From contig OX597838.1 of NCBI GenBank assembly GCA_951406725.2, positions 29,884,001-29,948,000 of the forward strand: DNA of 64,000 bases. Direction: 5' to 3'. Below the pieces are notes generated by a model, which did not search any database, was not told where the DNA came from, and was given only the letters and a program-made list of their open reading frames with translations. Source of the DNA: Octopus vulgaris. Its lineage: Eukaryota. Positions 32,506 through 45,968 of this stretch are shown here, in pieces. The position numbers were made by a program, and so were the translations under genes. Every line of letters begins with the position of its first letter. The stretch's first letter is position 1.

Positions 32506-33232
32506 GTAAGTTATCTCTGTGTTTAAATGTCTGTGTGTCAGAGTTGCTCTTTTACACTTTTACTTGTTTCAGTCATTTGACTGCGGCCATGCTGGATCAC
32601 CGCCTTTTTGTTTTTAGTCTTCAAATGACGCCACCCTGCTGGCCTAAGTGAGCAGGCCAACAGAAGAAAGAGTGAGAGAAAGTTGTGGCGAAAGAGTACA
32701 GCAGGGATTGCTACCACCCCCTGCCGGAGCCTCAAGGAGCATTAGGTGCTTTCGCTCAATAAACACTCACAACGCCCGGTCTGGGAATCGAAACCGCGAT
32801 CCTACGACCGCAAGTCCGCTGCCCTAACCACTGGGCCATTGCGCCTCCACAATTGCTGTTAATAATTTTTAACAGTTGTTGTATTGATTTTTAACAGCCT
32901 ATTGAAAATTATCCAAGTCGAAAGGTCAGCCGTGTAATGATTGAGTAGAAAAGACCTCAAAAAGAAAAATGGTTGTTTATTCAAATGCTTATAGTGTCTT
33001 TACTTGTGGTCAAATTATTGGCAGCAAGGTTGAAAAGGCTTTCTTTCTTTTTTTTTATTATTACATGTAGGCACTGGCATTGCTGTATGGTAAGAAGCTT
33101 GCTTCCCAACCACATGGTTCCAGTTTTGCTCTCACTGCATGGGACCTTGGGGAAGTGTCTTCTCCTGTAGTGTTGGGCACTAACCAAAACCTTGTGAGTG
33201 GATTTGGTAGACAGAAACTGAAAGAAGCCTGT

Positions 33233-33269
<37 letters not shown>

Positions 33270-33292
33270 ATGTATATATGTATGTATGTATG

Positions 33293-33339
<47 letters not shown>

Positions 33340-35198
33340 TAATAATAATATGGCGTTAGGAAGGGCATCCAGCTGTAGAAACATTGCCAGATAAGACTGG
33401 AGTCTGGTGCAGCCTTCTGGCTTCCCAGATCCCCGGTCGAACCGTCCAACCCATGCTAGCATGGAGAACGGACGTTAAACGATGATGATGATGAATATGA
33501 GGGAATATTATTCCAAACTTACAGGGAAAAATTCAATTTAGAAATACTAAATCAAATTCCACAAAATATAATATATATATAAATTAGCAAAAATATATAT
33601 ACTGTTTTGAATTTGTGTGAATGTGTATAGAATAATATATCAGTCGAATAAAGTTAAAACATTGTCTGGTTTTCACATTTTTTATTATTATGTTATTTTA
33701 ACAAAAATAAAATATTTTTTAATTTTAAAATACCATGATAAAAAAACATGAAAACCAGACCATGTTTTAACTTTGTTTAACTGCTTTGTGTGTGCATTTG
33801 TGTCTGTTTGTTCCCCCACCACTGCTCTTGAAAAGGTGGCATTAATATGTTTATGTTCCTATAACTTAGCAGTTTGGCAAAAGAGACTGATAGAATAAGT
33901 ACCAGGCTTTTAAAAAATAAGTATTGGGGTTGATACATTCAACTAAAAACTTCAAGGCGGTGCCCCATCATGGCCACAGTCTAATGCCTGAGATGAGTAA
34001 AAGTTAAAAGATAAAGCAAAATGCTTTCCCTCTGACCATTTTCCATCTTCTTCAGAATGAGTTTTACAGGTAATTTACAGGTATATCGTAGTCGTGGCTG
34101 ATTCCACAGGCATGTAAAAAGCATGCTTTGACTGTTGGGCAATATGCTGTCCTTGAGAAGACCTGTCAAGCCAAGTGAAAGTGTAGTTGTGGTCAATGCC
34201 AGTGCTGCTAGACTGGCACCTGTGCTGGCGGCATGTAAAGAGCACTATTTGAATGTTGGGCCTCATGGAGACAGTGACAGGTGGCCGAAACCTTTTGGCA
34301 ATATACTGTGTCTATGTAGTCATGGTTGATGCTGGTTTCATGTCAACGGCACCTGTGCCAATGGCATGTAAAAAGCACCCACTACACTCCTGGAGTGGTT
34401 GATGTTAGGAAGAGCATCCAATCGTAGAAACCTTGCCAAATCAAATTGGAATTTGGTGCAGTTCCCTGGCTCACCAGTTTTCAGTCAAACCATCCAACCG
34501 ATGCCAGAAGCGGACGTTAAACGATGATGATGAAGCTGTTACTCCCATCACAAATAACACACCCAGATATGCAGGACTTTCCTCACCACATTGACTTTCC
34601 TCACCACATACAAATGGTATGAATGAGCAGCTTGAGTGTACCCTGCTTTCATTAGTTGCTTCTTGTGTGTTTTGTGGTGTTGAGAAGATGTTGACCCCTT
34701 CTTGGCCTTCGTGTCTTGATCAATGCAGTATCGATGATGTGACAACTGGTGCTGTTGTTGTTAAGCAACAAGACGGGTAAGGGTGATTAGGTGATGGTCT
34801 AGGGCTTAGGGGCGGGAGACCACAGACCTTGGAGAAAAAAAAAAACTTTGGTTGTCTTGTTGTAGTCGAGGGTTCTTCGTTGACACCCGACACCATTGGG
34901 AGGTGGCCTTCGAAGTTGCTGGAAATGGTGATCTCCAGGTCCAAATTCTTGAACGGCGACAACTGGTGCTGGTCCTTGTTTGTAGGTGAAGAGACTAGAA
35001 TAATATGAAATGGAAGTGCCTTACGCAAGGACACAATGCAAACCTTGATGCAGGAATTGAAACCCATGATCTTATGATTGTGAGGTCCAATGCCCTAAAT
35101 GCTAGGCCACACACCTTCACATTTTTCACTTCCTCCTGTAGAAAGACCATAGAGAATTGTCTTCTGTTAACATTAACATTAAGGGATCTGGTATTTAA

Positions 35199-35650
35199 CC
35201 CTTTAGCATTCAGGTAATTTTGGCAAATGCAATGCTTTTTTTTTTTTTTAAATTCACATTGCTTTGAATTAATCAGTTGTTGTCTTGTAGCATCAAAATT
35301 TTGATGTAATTGTTTATTTTTAGAACAACATTGTGGGATAGGTGCGAGAGATCAGATCTGGCCAGTTTGAACATAAAGTGAGCAGAATATTTTGGCCCGA
35401 TATGTCCAGCTTAAATGCTAAAGGGTTAACTCTTTACCATTTAAGCAGGCCATATCTGGCCAAAGCATTTGACCTGTTATATGTTCAAACTGTCCAGATC
35501 TGACCTCTCACACCTACCCTACCATGTCATCGGGAAAATAAGCAGTCCCATCATCATTTCAAAGCTATGAGATAATACATGATTAATTTCTAAACAATGT
35601 GAGGAATAAATAAGCATTACATTTGACAGAATAATCCGAATGCTAAAGGG
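35199..35650. mobile_element. Two piggyBac-like MITEs in inverted orientation sharing one TTAA
   Basis: TTAA|CCCTTTAGCA...TGCTAAAGGG|TTAA|CTCTTTACCA...TGCTAAAGGG|TTAA. The interiors are diverged reverse complements. Confidence 0.65.
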
Positions 35651-35919
35651 TTAAGATAATAAGATTAGTGCCAACTTTCCAGATTCTTGGGATGCTAGGA
35701 ATATTAAAAATAGATCCAGTTGAATCTCTCCGACAGCTGGTACAAAGTATTCTGCGTTAGTCTCCTGTTCCGACCTAGGCAGTGATTTATCTCTCGTCCG
35801 GTTTAACACCTCAGAAACTGGAGATAAGATAAACAGTGGCCGATTAGTTCCTTGGAGGTTTCTGTAAAAGACTCTGTCTTAAGTGGTGGCAACACCATAT
35901 GCATACCTGTGTGTGTTTG

Positions 35920-35960
<41 letters not shown>

Positions 35961-36514
35961 AAACACACACATATACATACCTGTATTGAATAAGAGAGCT
36001 GCTGTTGTTGCTAAGAGGATAATTGTCCTTATCTAAAACATTGCATGTTATTTCATTTCGTCTCTGATCTTATCAGCAGTGTTATCTTATTGCGTGTTGG
36101 AAATTTAAACGTTTCAGCTTTTTCTTATCAGCGTAGTGTTCTATAACGGTAAAGGAATTCTCTTTTAGAAATCAGTAAAACTAGTAGAAATTACAGCAGC
36201 AGTAACACCTGCTATAGTTACAACAGTCTGAGTTTAGAGGTCTGGGTTTTGGTGGTGTTTTGTTGGTTTTCCCTTAGATCTGTCATTTAACTCTTTTGTT
36301 TCCATATTTCTGATCAAATGCTTTGCCTTTCATCATCATCATCATCATCATAGCAGCCACTTTTCCATACTTGCATGAGATGGGAGTTTCCTGAGGCAGA
36401 TTTTCTACAGTCAGATATCCTTATATATATCTGTAAATATATGTTTTGCTTAGGCATTGTGAGACTAACAACTTGGTGTAGAACTCAATATACATTTGCT
36501 TCAGAACAAAGTGG

Positions 36515-36830
36515 CCCTCCCCCTCTCTCCCTGTCTGTCCTCTCACTCTCCTTACCTCTCCCCTCCCCTTGTCCCTGCCCCCTCCGTCTCCCCCCGTCCC
36601 CTCTGCCTCCACCCTGTCTCCACCCCGTCCTCTGAGTCTACTCCCACTTCCCCTCCGTCTCTCCCCCAACTTCCCTCTGTCTCTCCCCATCTCCCCCATC
36701 TCTCCCCAACTCCCCCCGTCTCTCCCCGTCTCTCCCCTCCATCTCACTCCAACTCCCCTCCGTCTCTCCCCTGTTCCTGCTTCTCCCTCCCCACCCCTGC
36801 CTCTCCCTACCCCTTTCTCTCCCTGTCCTA
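36515..36830. repeat. C/T-rich polypyrimidine low-complexity tract
   Basis: About 300 bp of almost pure C/T with CCCC runs, so the minus strand is G-rich. Confidence 0.9.
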
Positions 36831-37044
36831 TTATATTTTTATAATTAAATATTTTTTAGGAATTGTATAAAAAAAAGAATGCAATTGTTTTGTGTATTGT
36901 AGAATGATAACTGACTTTTTGCACATGAAATCTTATATGGACCCCCTCGCAGGGTGACACATGAAGCCCTGTTGAAAACCCCTGTGTGTAGATGAAGTAT
37001 CTGGTAAACATTCCACGTCTAATTCTTGTCGTTTTCTTCTGCAG

Positions 37045-37253
37045 ATCCATTGTGATTGTCCACGTGGAAGATGTTGATGAATACCCGCCGACATTTAATG
37101 AAGACAGTTATGAAGTTGAGGTGGAAGAGGGCCATGTCTTTGGTTCTATCACTCAGCTGACTGCTTCCGACAAAGACAAGTCCAAGAACTTCTCTAAGAT
37201 TTGTAGATATGTTATTTTGGACAACGATGTTCCATTTGAGATCAGTAACGATG
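37045..37253 (+). CDS. CLSTN1: Calsyntenin exon (cadherin 1/2 linker and cadherin 2)
   Basis: GCAG acceptor, GTGAG donor. Encodes SIVIVHVEDVDEYPPTF..YEVEVEEG..ASDKD..ICRY..VPFEISND. Confidence 0.95.
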
Positions 37254-37296
37254 GTGAGTAGTCGTTTGTATAAATTTTTTTTTTTCTCCTTTTGAT

Positions 37297-37327
<31 letters not shown>

Positions 37328-39162
37328 CTCCCCCACCACTATTTTCTCTGCGTGTCACTAAAAGGTAACTAAATAAAGATGATGAGTAGGATCTGCACTC
37401 TGGCCTTGGTAGAAGTCTCTCACCAGCAAAGGCTACACCCAAACAGACCTAAAAGTTGGAGGGTTGTCACCCTGAGTGCTGCCATGGTGTCGTCTGCCAG
37501 GAGTGGTAGGGAATCGCCAACAAATGGTGGATGCTGCAATGCATTGTTACAGGGCATGCTTCCATACTACTACTACTACTAATACTCTCTTTCTTTCTTT
37601 CTTTCTCTTTTTCTCTCTCTCTCTCTCCCCCCAATTTTAAATGTCTCTCCCTTTCTCTCTCCAACCTTTGACCATTCCTCTGCTTCTCTCTTATACTTGT
37701 TGCATAGCAGTGTGATTGATGGTTACAATTCCTCGTTTCTGGTGAAAATCACTAAAATAAAAAAAAAATAATAAAAAAAAATACAGGCGCTGACTTGCTC
37801 CTTTATCATGCACTGGATTTCCATTGCCCCTGTTCAGTCCGCTGCAGGATGAGGGCCTCAGCATATTCTCTCCACCAACCTCTGCCTGATATGGAGGCTG
37901 TGAATTTGAGATCATCCTGGTTTGGTGAGCCTAAATGAAAAAAATAAATAAATAAATGCGCCCTTTTTAAAGCCTAGCCAGGCTCATGGGCCCGGTTTCC
38001 CGCTTTCTATGGCGCATGTGTTCCCCAGCTGGACAGGACGCTAGTCCATCGCAGCATTACTCATTTTTGCCAGCTGAGTGAACTGGAACAACGTGAAATG
38101 AAGTGTTTTGCTCAAGAACACAACGCGTCGCCCGGTCCAGGAATCGAAACCATAATCTTACAATCATGGTGCTGATGCCTTAACCACTAAGCCACGCGCC
38201 TCCACGTTTGGTGAGCCTACTCTACCACATTGGCCTGACATAGCTTGGCCAGAGGGATGCAGTTTTTTTATATTTCTACCCTAGAGTAGTTAAATCAATT
38301 ACATCAACCCCAGGGCTTTACCGGCACTTATGTGTATGTTTATGTATGTATGCGTGTGCGTGTGTGTGTATAATATGTGTGTGTGTGTAATATGTATGTG
38401 GTGTCTTTGTGTCTGTGTTCATCTACCACCACCACCACCACTTGGTGTGTTTATGTACCTGTAACTTAGCGGTTCAGCAAAAGAGATTAATAGAGTAGGT
38501 GCCTGTCTTAAAAAAAAAGAAAAGCAAAATTGCTTGATGGTTTGTGTTGGTTTGTTTACATCCTTACAACTTAGTGCTTCGGCAAAGGAGTCAGGAGTAA
38601 GTACCAGACTTTAAAAAAAATCAAAGAAACAACAAAAAACAAACAAAAACCTACGTACAGGGTGGGGTGGAGGTAATTTGTTCAAATGAAACCCTTCAAA
38701 GCAATTGCCCCAGCATGGCCACAGTCTAATAACTGAAACAAGTAAAAGATGAATGATTTAAAATAAAATAGTGATGATGATGATAAAAAAATTGAATTTA
38801 CTTTAATCCCCAAATTGCTAAATATATTTTTAAAGGGGATTTTAAGCTTATCCAGACAGAAAAAAAAAAATTCATTTAATCTTTTTTCTTTCTTAATCCT
38901 ATTTGGTGGCAAATTGAAATATTTTCACCTAAAAAAAGATATTTTTACATTATTGTAGATTATTAAAGATTAATTAATTAATACCAAAACTGTCATGTGA
39001 CTTAACTAGAGATACTTTAGTAGCTTCATTCATTGGAATGTGGCCATGCTGGAACACTGTCTCGGAGGATTTTAGTTGGAGAAAATAACCTGAGTGTTTG
39101 TTTTTATTTTCTTAAATCTGGTACTTATTTCATAGGAGTGTCTGTTGCTGAAGTGCGTGTGC

Positions 39163-39210
<48 letters not shown>

Positions 39211-39446
39211 TCATCATCGTTTAGCGTCCGCTTTCCATGCTAGCATGGGTTGGACGGTTCAACTGGGGTCTGGGAAGCCAGAAGGAAATATATGTATATA
39301 AATGTATATGTATTTTTTCAATGTGTACAAATAACACAGAAAATAAATAGTTACCAGGGTAGCAAAAATTCACACAAGGATATTACAGCCTACTTATAAA
39401 GGTAGAAATTCCAGGGTTCAGCGAAACGTTTTTGTATAACATGGAT

Positions 39447-39620
39447 AAATTAAGAAATGGAGTCAAACGCAGGTGTTTTACAAGTCATTTATACTTCCAA
39501 CATATGTTTCGAAGAAAGTAATGAGATTATTCCAGAATAATCTCAATACTTTTTGCGAAACATATGTTGGAAGTATAAATGATTTGAAAAACACCTGTGT
39601 TTGACTCCATTTCTTAATTT
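39447..39620. repeat. 174-bp near-perfect palindrome
   Basis: 86-bp arms around a 2-nt centre (39533-34), with about 6 mismatches. Confidence 0.9.
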
Positions 39621-40951
39621 TCACACACACATATTATATATATATATGTATGTATATGTAATAAGTTAAAAAACATAGTAAGTGCTCAGACGAACAGAAA
39701 GCAAACACAGAAAGTCCCCAGCTCCCCTTCAGTTATCAGCCAAAGGGTCAAACGCAATGCTTGTGTGGCACTCTTTAAACCTTTTTTATCCACTAGCCCT
39801 GTACACTGCCTGAACTTGGTGCCTTCCAGTTGTTCATATATTTACTCCTTTCTCGAAAATTCCTCTCTGTAATTATAATTTCTAACTGCTTCAGATATAC
39901 TATGGCTCTTTTCAGATCTTTAACCCTTTCGCAATTAAACCAGTCATGTCCAGCTAAAATATTCTGCCTGTTTTATGCTCTTGCCTTTCACATCAACCCT
40001 ACAATATCACTGTAAACATAAAGTCATTTCCTCAAAATCACAACGCTACAAGATAATGCATGATTAATCCAAAGCAATGTGAATAAATAAGCATTACTTT
40101 CGGTAGAATAATACGAATTAGTGGGACCCGTGAATATTTGACGGAATTAATAGTAAGCCTATTGGGTTATTTCTGACAACTTTATCCAAAAAAACCTGAT
40201 AGCATAGCCTGTGTTGTGTCTGTATCAAAAAATAGTCACAGATCTGCTAGTCATTGATAAGTGAAGGGAATTGGAATACAATGATTACTTAACCCTTTCG
40301 TGACCAACCCGGCTGAAACTGGCTCTGGCTCTGCAGTACAAATATCTTGTTTTCATAAGTTTTGAATTAAAATCTTCCACCAAACCTTAGTTATCATTAA
40401 GCTAGTGTTAGGAGCATAAATTGTGACTAAGTTATTTTACTAAGTTCATTGTTATATTTAAAATTAATTGAAAGAAACACAAAGCATCTCAAAATGAATA
40501 CGGTAAGAAAAGGGTTAATGCACTTTATATACTTTATGCCCAATTTTATAGACAGTACACAACACTCTCCCTTTTTCTCTCTTACTCTTCGCCTTATCCT
40601 CTTTTTCTCTCTCATTTTTCTTTCGCTGTTTGCCTTTCCTTTCAACTAATAACATGAAAGTGTCTCAGACAGGCAAAGTAACGAAAGGAAAAAAAAATCT
40701 TAGTTAAAAAATAATATTACACATTTCACTTACCACCACTTCTCCCCCCACCCCTCAACTAATCACGAGGAAGCGCTACAGACAGGTTAAGTAATGGAGG
40801 AAGAAGCTGAATTATTATAAGATGCTAAAGGGTGAAACCATTCTGCCTTTTTCTTGTGCTCTTTCCTTCTGCTCCAAATATTATTCCAAAACTTTTTTCC
40901 ACATTTCCCCCTTCCTTTGGGACTTAATGCTTTACATGTCTCTAATTTCAG

Positions 40952-41098
40952 GTGTTCTCAAAAATACTGTTCCTCTGGATCATGCCAAAAGACATAACTA
41001 CATGATCAGTGTGGTAGCAGAAAGTTGTACCAGAAAGCGATCCAAACCAGTCCTCGTTAATATTTTGGTGAAGAAGAAGTGTGAAGTTGGTTGGAAAG
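40952..41098 (+). CDS. CLSTN1: Calsyntenin exon (end of cadherin 2)
   Basis: TCAG acceptor, GTAAT donor. Encodes GVLKNTVPLD..VVAESC..VNILVKKKCEVGWK. Confidence 0.93.
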
Positions 41099-41136
41099 GT
41101 AATTTTTTTCCCCCCCTATTTTTGTATTTGTAGATT

Positions 41137-41448
41137 TATATGTACAGGTGTGTGACTGAGTGTTTTACGTACATGTGTGTGACTGAGTGTTATACGTACA
41201 GGTGTGTGACTGAGTGTTATACGTACAGGTGTGTGACTGAGTGTTATATGTACAGGTGTGTGACTGAGTGTTATATGTACAGGTGTGTGACTTAGTGTTA
41301 TATGTACAGGTGTGTGACTTAGTGTTATTATGTACAGGTGTGTGACTTAGTGTTATATGTACAGGTGTGTGACTTAGTGTTATATGTACAGGTATGTGAC
41401 TTAGTGTTATATGTACAGGTGTGTGACTGAGTGTTATATGTACAGGTA
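41137..41448. repeat. 27-bp minisatellite, about 11.5 copies
   Basis: Unit TGTACAGGTGTGTGACT(G/T)AGTGTTATA. Confidence 0.95.
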
Positions 41449-41667
41449 CCTTCACTTGATAAACAAGTAAGAGTTGGCGACGGGAAGAACGTCCAGTTGC
41501 CAAAACATCTTGATTACCTTCAGGGTAGACTTAGACAGAAGGTAAACCCCTGAAGAGGTTAAAATAGACATTAAAACACGGCAGAGAACGTGTTGAAATG
41601 ATTCTCGTCGAATGTCAGTTGATAAAATGTTTGTGATAGAATTTCTGTTTTTCTCTGTGTTGTTTAG

Positions 41668-41859
41668 GTATCCAGCAGCACCTAGAATACATGCCAAATT
41701 CTGGCCGTCAAAAGATCAGTGAACATGCACACCTCGACCTCTGTGACAAACCGTGTCAAGTTGAGAAAGTGTCCATTCGGATGGTGCTTACAACTAAGCA
41801 CATTGGTAAAGGCTGTGACAGAGATACCTACTCCATCTCATCACAAAGGAAACTCTGTG
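41668..41859 (+). CDS. CLSTN1: Calsyntenin exon
   Basis: TTAG acceptor, GTACG donor. Contains the calsyntenin hallmark HIGKGCDRDTYS...RKLCG. Confidence 0.96.
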
Positions 41860-42116
41860 GTACGTATTATTATTATTATTATTACTGCTGCTGTTGTTGT
41901 TGTTAAGCAACAAGATGGGTAAGGGTGATTAGGTGATGGTCTAGGGCTTTAAGGGTGGGAGACCCCAGACCTTGGAAAAGGAAAAAAAAAAAAAACTTTG
42001 GTCGTCTTGTTGTAGTCGAGGGCTCTTCGTTGACGCCCGACACCACTTGGAGGTGGCCCTCGAAGTTGCTGGGAATGGAAATCTCCAGGTTCAAATTCTT
42101 GAATGGCTGCTGCTGC

Positions 42117-42162
<46 letters not shown>

Positions 42163-43984
42163 GCTTTCTGTATTTAACACAATGGCGGCAGAATGATTGC
42201 AAAGCTAAGCTTCAAAAATTGCCATCCCTAAAGGTCATCACGAAAATAACGTTAATTAATTGTAATTAGAGAGGAATGAGTAAGATAAGGAAGAATTGAT
42301 TAGGATTACTGCCACCACAACTGTTGATACTACTACCACTGCGTTGCAATTATTATATGCTGTTGCTATTATACACCACCACCACCACCACCACCACTAC
42401 TACTACCTCCACAACTACTATTACTATCACCACTATTACTACTACCACCACCATTATTACTACTACTACTACCACTGCTACTACTCCATTATAGTTATCA
42501 CAACACTACTATAACTACCCCTCCTCAGACACACACAACCATCATCATTACTATGACTACCACTGAATCAACGAGGAAACGTTTGTGGTTGCTTAACCTG
42601 CTAGAAATAGCAGCCAAATTTTCCTTACTTCTTATTATACTACAGGGATTTGTGGAGGTGCAATGGCCCAGTGGTTAGGGCATCAGACTCATGGTCATGG
42701 GATTGCAGTTTTGATTCCCAGACTGTGTGTTGTGAGTGTTTATTGAGCAAAAACACCTAAAGCTCCATGAGGCTCTGGCAAGGGGCGGTGGCGAACCCTG
42801 CTGTACTCTTTCTTCCTGTGTCTGTTGTACCTGTATTTTCAAAGGAGCCATCCTTGTCACACTCCGTGTCACGCTGAATCTCCCCCACCGAGAACTACAT
42901 TAAGGGTACATGTGTCTGTGGAGTCCTTAGCCACTTAAATGTTAATTTTACGAGCAGGCTGTTCTGTTGATTGGATCAAATGGAGCCCTTGTTGTCATAA
43001 CTGACAGTGCCACAAATAAAGGGATTATATTAAGGGACGAAGACCGAGACCTCCGAGATATGCTGTGACTTAAAAATCAAATGGAAATTGTAGTTAAGAT
43101 ACCTGAGCCGGTGGCACGTAAAAAGTACCATCCGAACGTGGCTGATGCCAGCGCCGGCTCACTGGAGTCTGTGTCGGTGACATGTAAAAAGCACCAACTG
43201 ATCGTGGCCATTTGCTAGCCTCCTCTGGCACCTGTGCTAGTGGCACGTAAAAAGCACCCACTACACTCACAAGTGGTTGGTGTTAGGAAGGGCATCCAGC
43301 TGTAGAAACAGTGCCAGATCAGACTGGAGCTTGGCGCAGCCTCCTGGTTTCCCAGACACCGGTCGAACCGTCCAACCCATGCTAGCATGGAAAACGGACG
43401 TTAAACAATGATGATGATGAATTATTGAATATTGTGCTGGTGTCATGTAAAATGCACCTAGTACACTCTGTAAAGTGGTTGGCGTTAGGAAGGGCATTGA
43501 GTCATAGAAAACCTGCCAAAACAGATAACTGGTGCCCGGTGCAGTTCTCTGGCTTGCCAGCTCTGGTCAAACTGTCCAGCCCATACAAGCATGGAAAATA
43601 GATGCTGAATGATGGGGATGATGTCCTGGGTGAAGCACAGAGTTGCCTACAACATGAATAACCAAAAAGTCTGATGTGTTGTGACAGTCAGTACAAAGAA
43701 AGAGCAGTAACTGTTGTGCACTGATGAGTCCGCCATGCCCACCTATACGGTAGCCATGACTAGCACCTCTAGATATAGTGGAATAGACAGGCTGAGTGGA
43801 GGGAGTGTGGGATATCTCAATTATCACACTGTATACCATATGTTCTCCTCACTGCATTTCAGGATGTTGTGGTTCTCAGCCAGAGCCAGACCTGATAGAA
43901 TTGGTGAAATCGTTCTACAGGTCACACTTCAAATTGTTTGGTCAAAGGTCAAATACCTGCATGCCATACAACTGCCCTCCAACA

Positions 43985-44252
43985 CAGTGCTTCCCAAAGT
44001 GGGTGGTGCCACCTGCCTGGGGGATGGTGGAAAGATTCAGTGGGGTGTTAAAGAAAAATGGGGTGATAATGGGGCGACCAAAACGGGGCAATGGATGTCA
44101 AAAAAACCCCCAAACAAAATAAAGGGTTAATTAAGTTTTATTTGTTTCAAATTTGCTGCAGAAAATGGTCTCTCTGTGGTGGTGTGTAGGGGCAGTAGGA
44201 ATGTGTCCTTGGAACAAGGGGGCAGTAGCCTGAATATATTTGGGAACCACTG
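43985..44252. mobile_element. hAT-like MITE
   Basis: Ends CAGTGCTTCCCAAA...TTTGGGAACCACTG with an 8-bp TSD, CTCCAACA/CTCTAACA. Confidence 0.8.
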
Positions 44253-44356
44253 CTCTAACAGGGCTTCGTTGCAACTATACATCAACATCTATACTTTACT
44301 GTTCTTTGTCTGTATTTTATTTGTAAACTTAGCATTTTGTTGTCTTTGATTTTCAG

Positions 44357-44638
44357 GTGCTAATGGCGATAGTGTTGATCTGTTACCATCTCCAAGTGTT
44401 GCTACTTGGACATCAAGCCTACCAACAGATGACGGTAAAGAGAGTGATCAAATCTTTGCGTTTGACGGCCAGACTAATGCAGTCGAGGTTCCTGATGGCC
44501 ATCTCAATCATTCTCTCACCAGTCACTTTACCATTTCTACCTGGATGAAGCGCGAACACAACTCCAAGAGGTTCGGTGGACAATCATCACCAAACAAGGC
44601 ACGAAAAGAACACATTCTTTGTATGTCTGATGGAGAAC
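44357..44638 (+). CDS. CLSTN1: Calsyntenin exon (start of LamG/LNS domain)
   Basis: TCAG acceptor, GTAAG donor. Encodes VDLLPSPS..WTSSLPTDDGKESDQIFAFDG..FTISTWMK..KEHILCMSD. Confidence 0.95.
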
Positions 44639-45201
44639 GTAAGTGGCTTTTTTGGGCTTTTCGGTTGAAGTTTGGATTCTTAGTAAAACTCAAAGAATTG
44701 CTCTCTTCTATTCTCTCTCCCCCTCTTTCTCTCTTTTTCTTGCTTTTCCCTTCCTCACTCCCTCTCCCCTTTTCTCTCTCTCTCTCTCTCTTCCTCTCTG
44801 TTTCTTTCCCCCTTTCTCTCCCCCCATCTCTCTCCTCTATTCTCTCTCTTTTTCTTTCTCCTTTCTCTCCTCTTCTTGTCTCCCCCCCTTTTCTCTGTCT
44901 TCTCATCATTATTAAGTATTTTACGTTTTTTTTTCCATTTTTATATATATATATACAGATTTGTATTATATAGAGGGCATTGCTATACATAAATGTCTTC
45001 TACTATAGCTTTACTTTGGTAGTTTTTGACTTTAAGAGCCCCTCCTAGCGTGTGTCATTTATGTATAGTAATGCCCTCTATATAATATAAATAAATATAT
45101 TTAAGAGAAAAATTGGTGGATTTTTCTCTTCTGAGGTTTTTCACGCTAACTACTTGATGAATTCTTATAAAGATTTTATCCTATTTTAAAATTATATCCA
45201 G

Positions 45202-45383
45202 ATTTGAATAGACATCATTACGGACTGTTTGTTCACGGAGACAAATTGGTGTTTCTTCTGCGACGTGAAGCTGCCGAAGGAGAGGACATGGAAGCTTTTA
45301 GCCCGGCGGAATGGAGATGGCAACTGCCCCAGATTAACGATGGCGAATGGCATCATTATGCCTTGAGTGTTGATTACCCCGAG
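45202..45383 (+). CDS. CLSTN1: Calsyntenin exon (LamG/LNS)
   Basis: CCAG acceptor, GTAAG donor. Encodes LNRHHYGLFVHG..LVFLLRRE..PAEWRW..DGEWHHYALSVDYPE. Confidence 0.96.
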
Positions 45384-45968
45384 GTAAGGCTTTCGGAAAA
45401 TTAAAACTACTTTAACCAGAAGTTTGGTCCCCCATTCATGTGGTTTTGGGTTCAATCTCAGTACCTGGCACCATGGGCAAGTGTCTTCTGCTGTGCCCCT
45501 AGGCTGATCAATGACCTTATTTTGTTATTCTTGTTTCAGTCATTTGACTGTGGCCATGCTGGAGCGAATTTTTGAAACTCCGAACATGACCTCTACACCT
45601 CAACAACGAATGACGTCTGCATTGTCTGCACCATCCAATGCATTTGGTCCCCCAGTGGGGCTTTTGACAAACTTACATGATAAATTTTTGGGGTTACAGG
45701 CAGAAGCATTACTTTACCTGCTGGAATGTTAGGGCTGACCGTCGGATGTGGTCAGCATTTATTAGGGTCTTGGTGATCTCATTGGTCAGAGTTGGCTGAA
45801 CCCACCCTGGGTGCATGCCGCAGCAAGGACAAGTAAGTACAGTGAAGCCCCACAGTCCAATGACTGAAATAATTAGAAGAAGAGAGAGTATATGAATTTG
45901 CTAATTATCAGATAAGTCTTAATAATCAAATATGTTGTTAATTATTTGTCTTAATCTTTTCCATTTAG

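Noticed and set aside
41137-41448. 27-bp repeat array as CRISPR or coding repeat
   Set aside because: Head-to-tail units without spacers inside a GT-AG intron.
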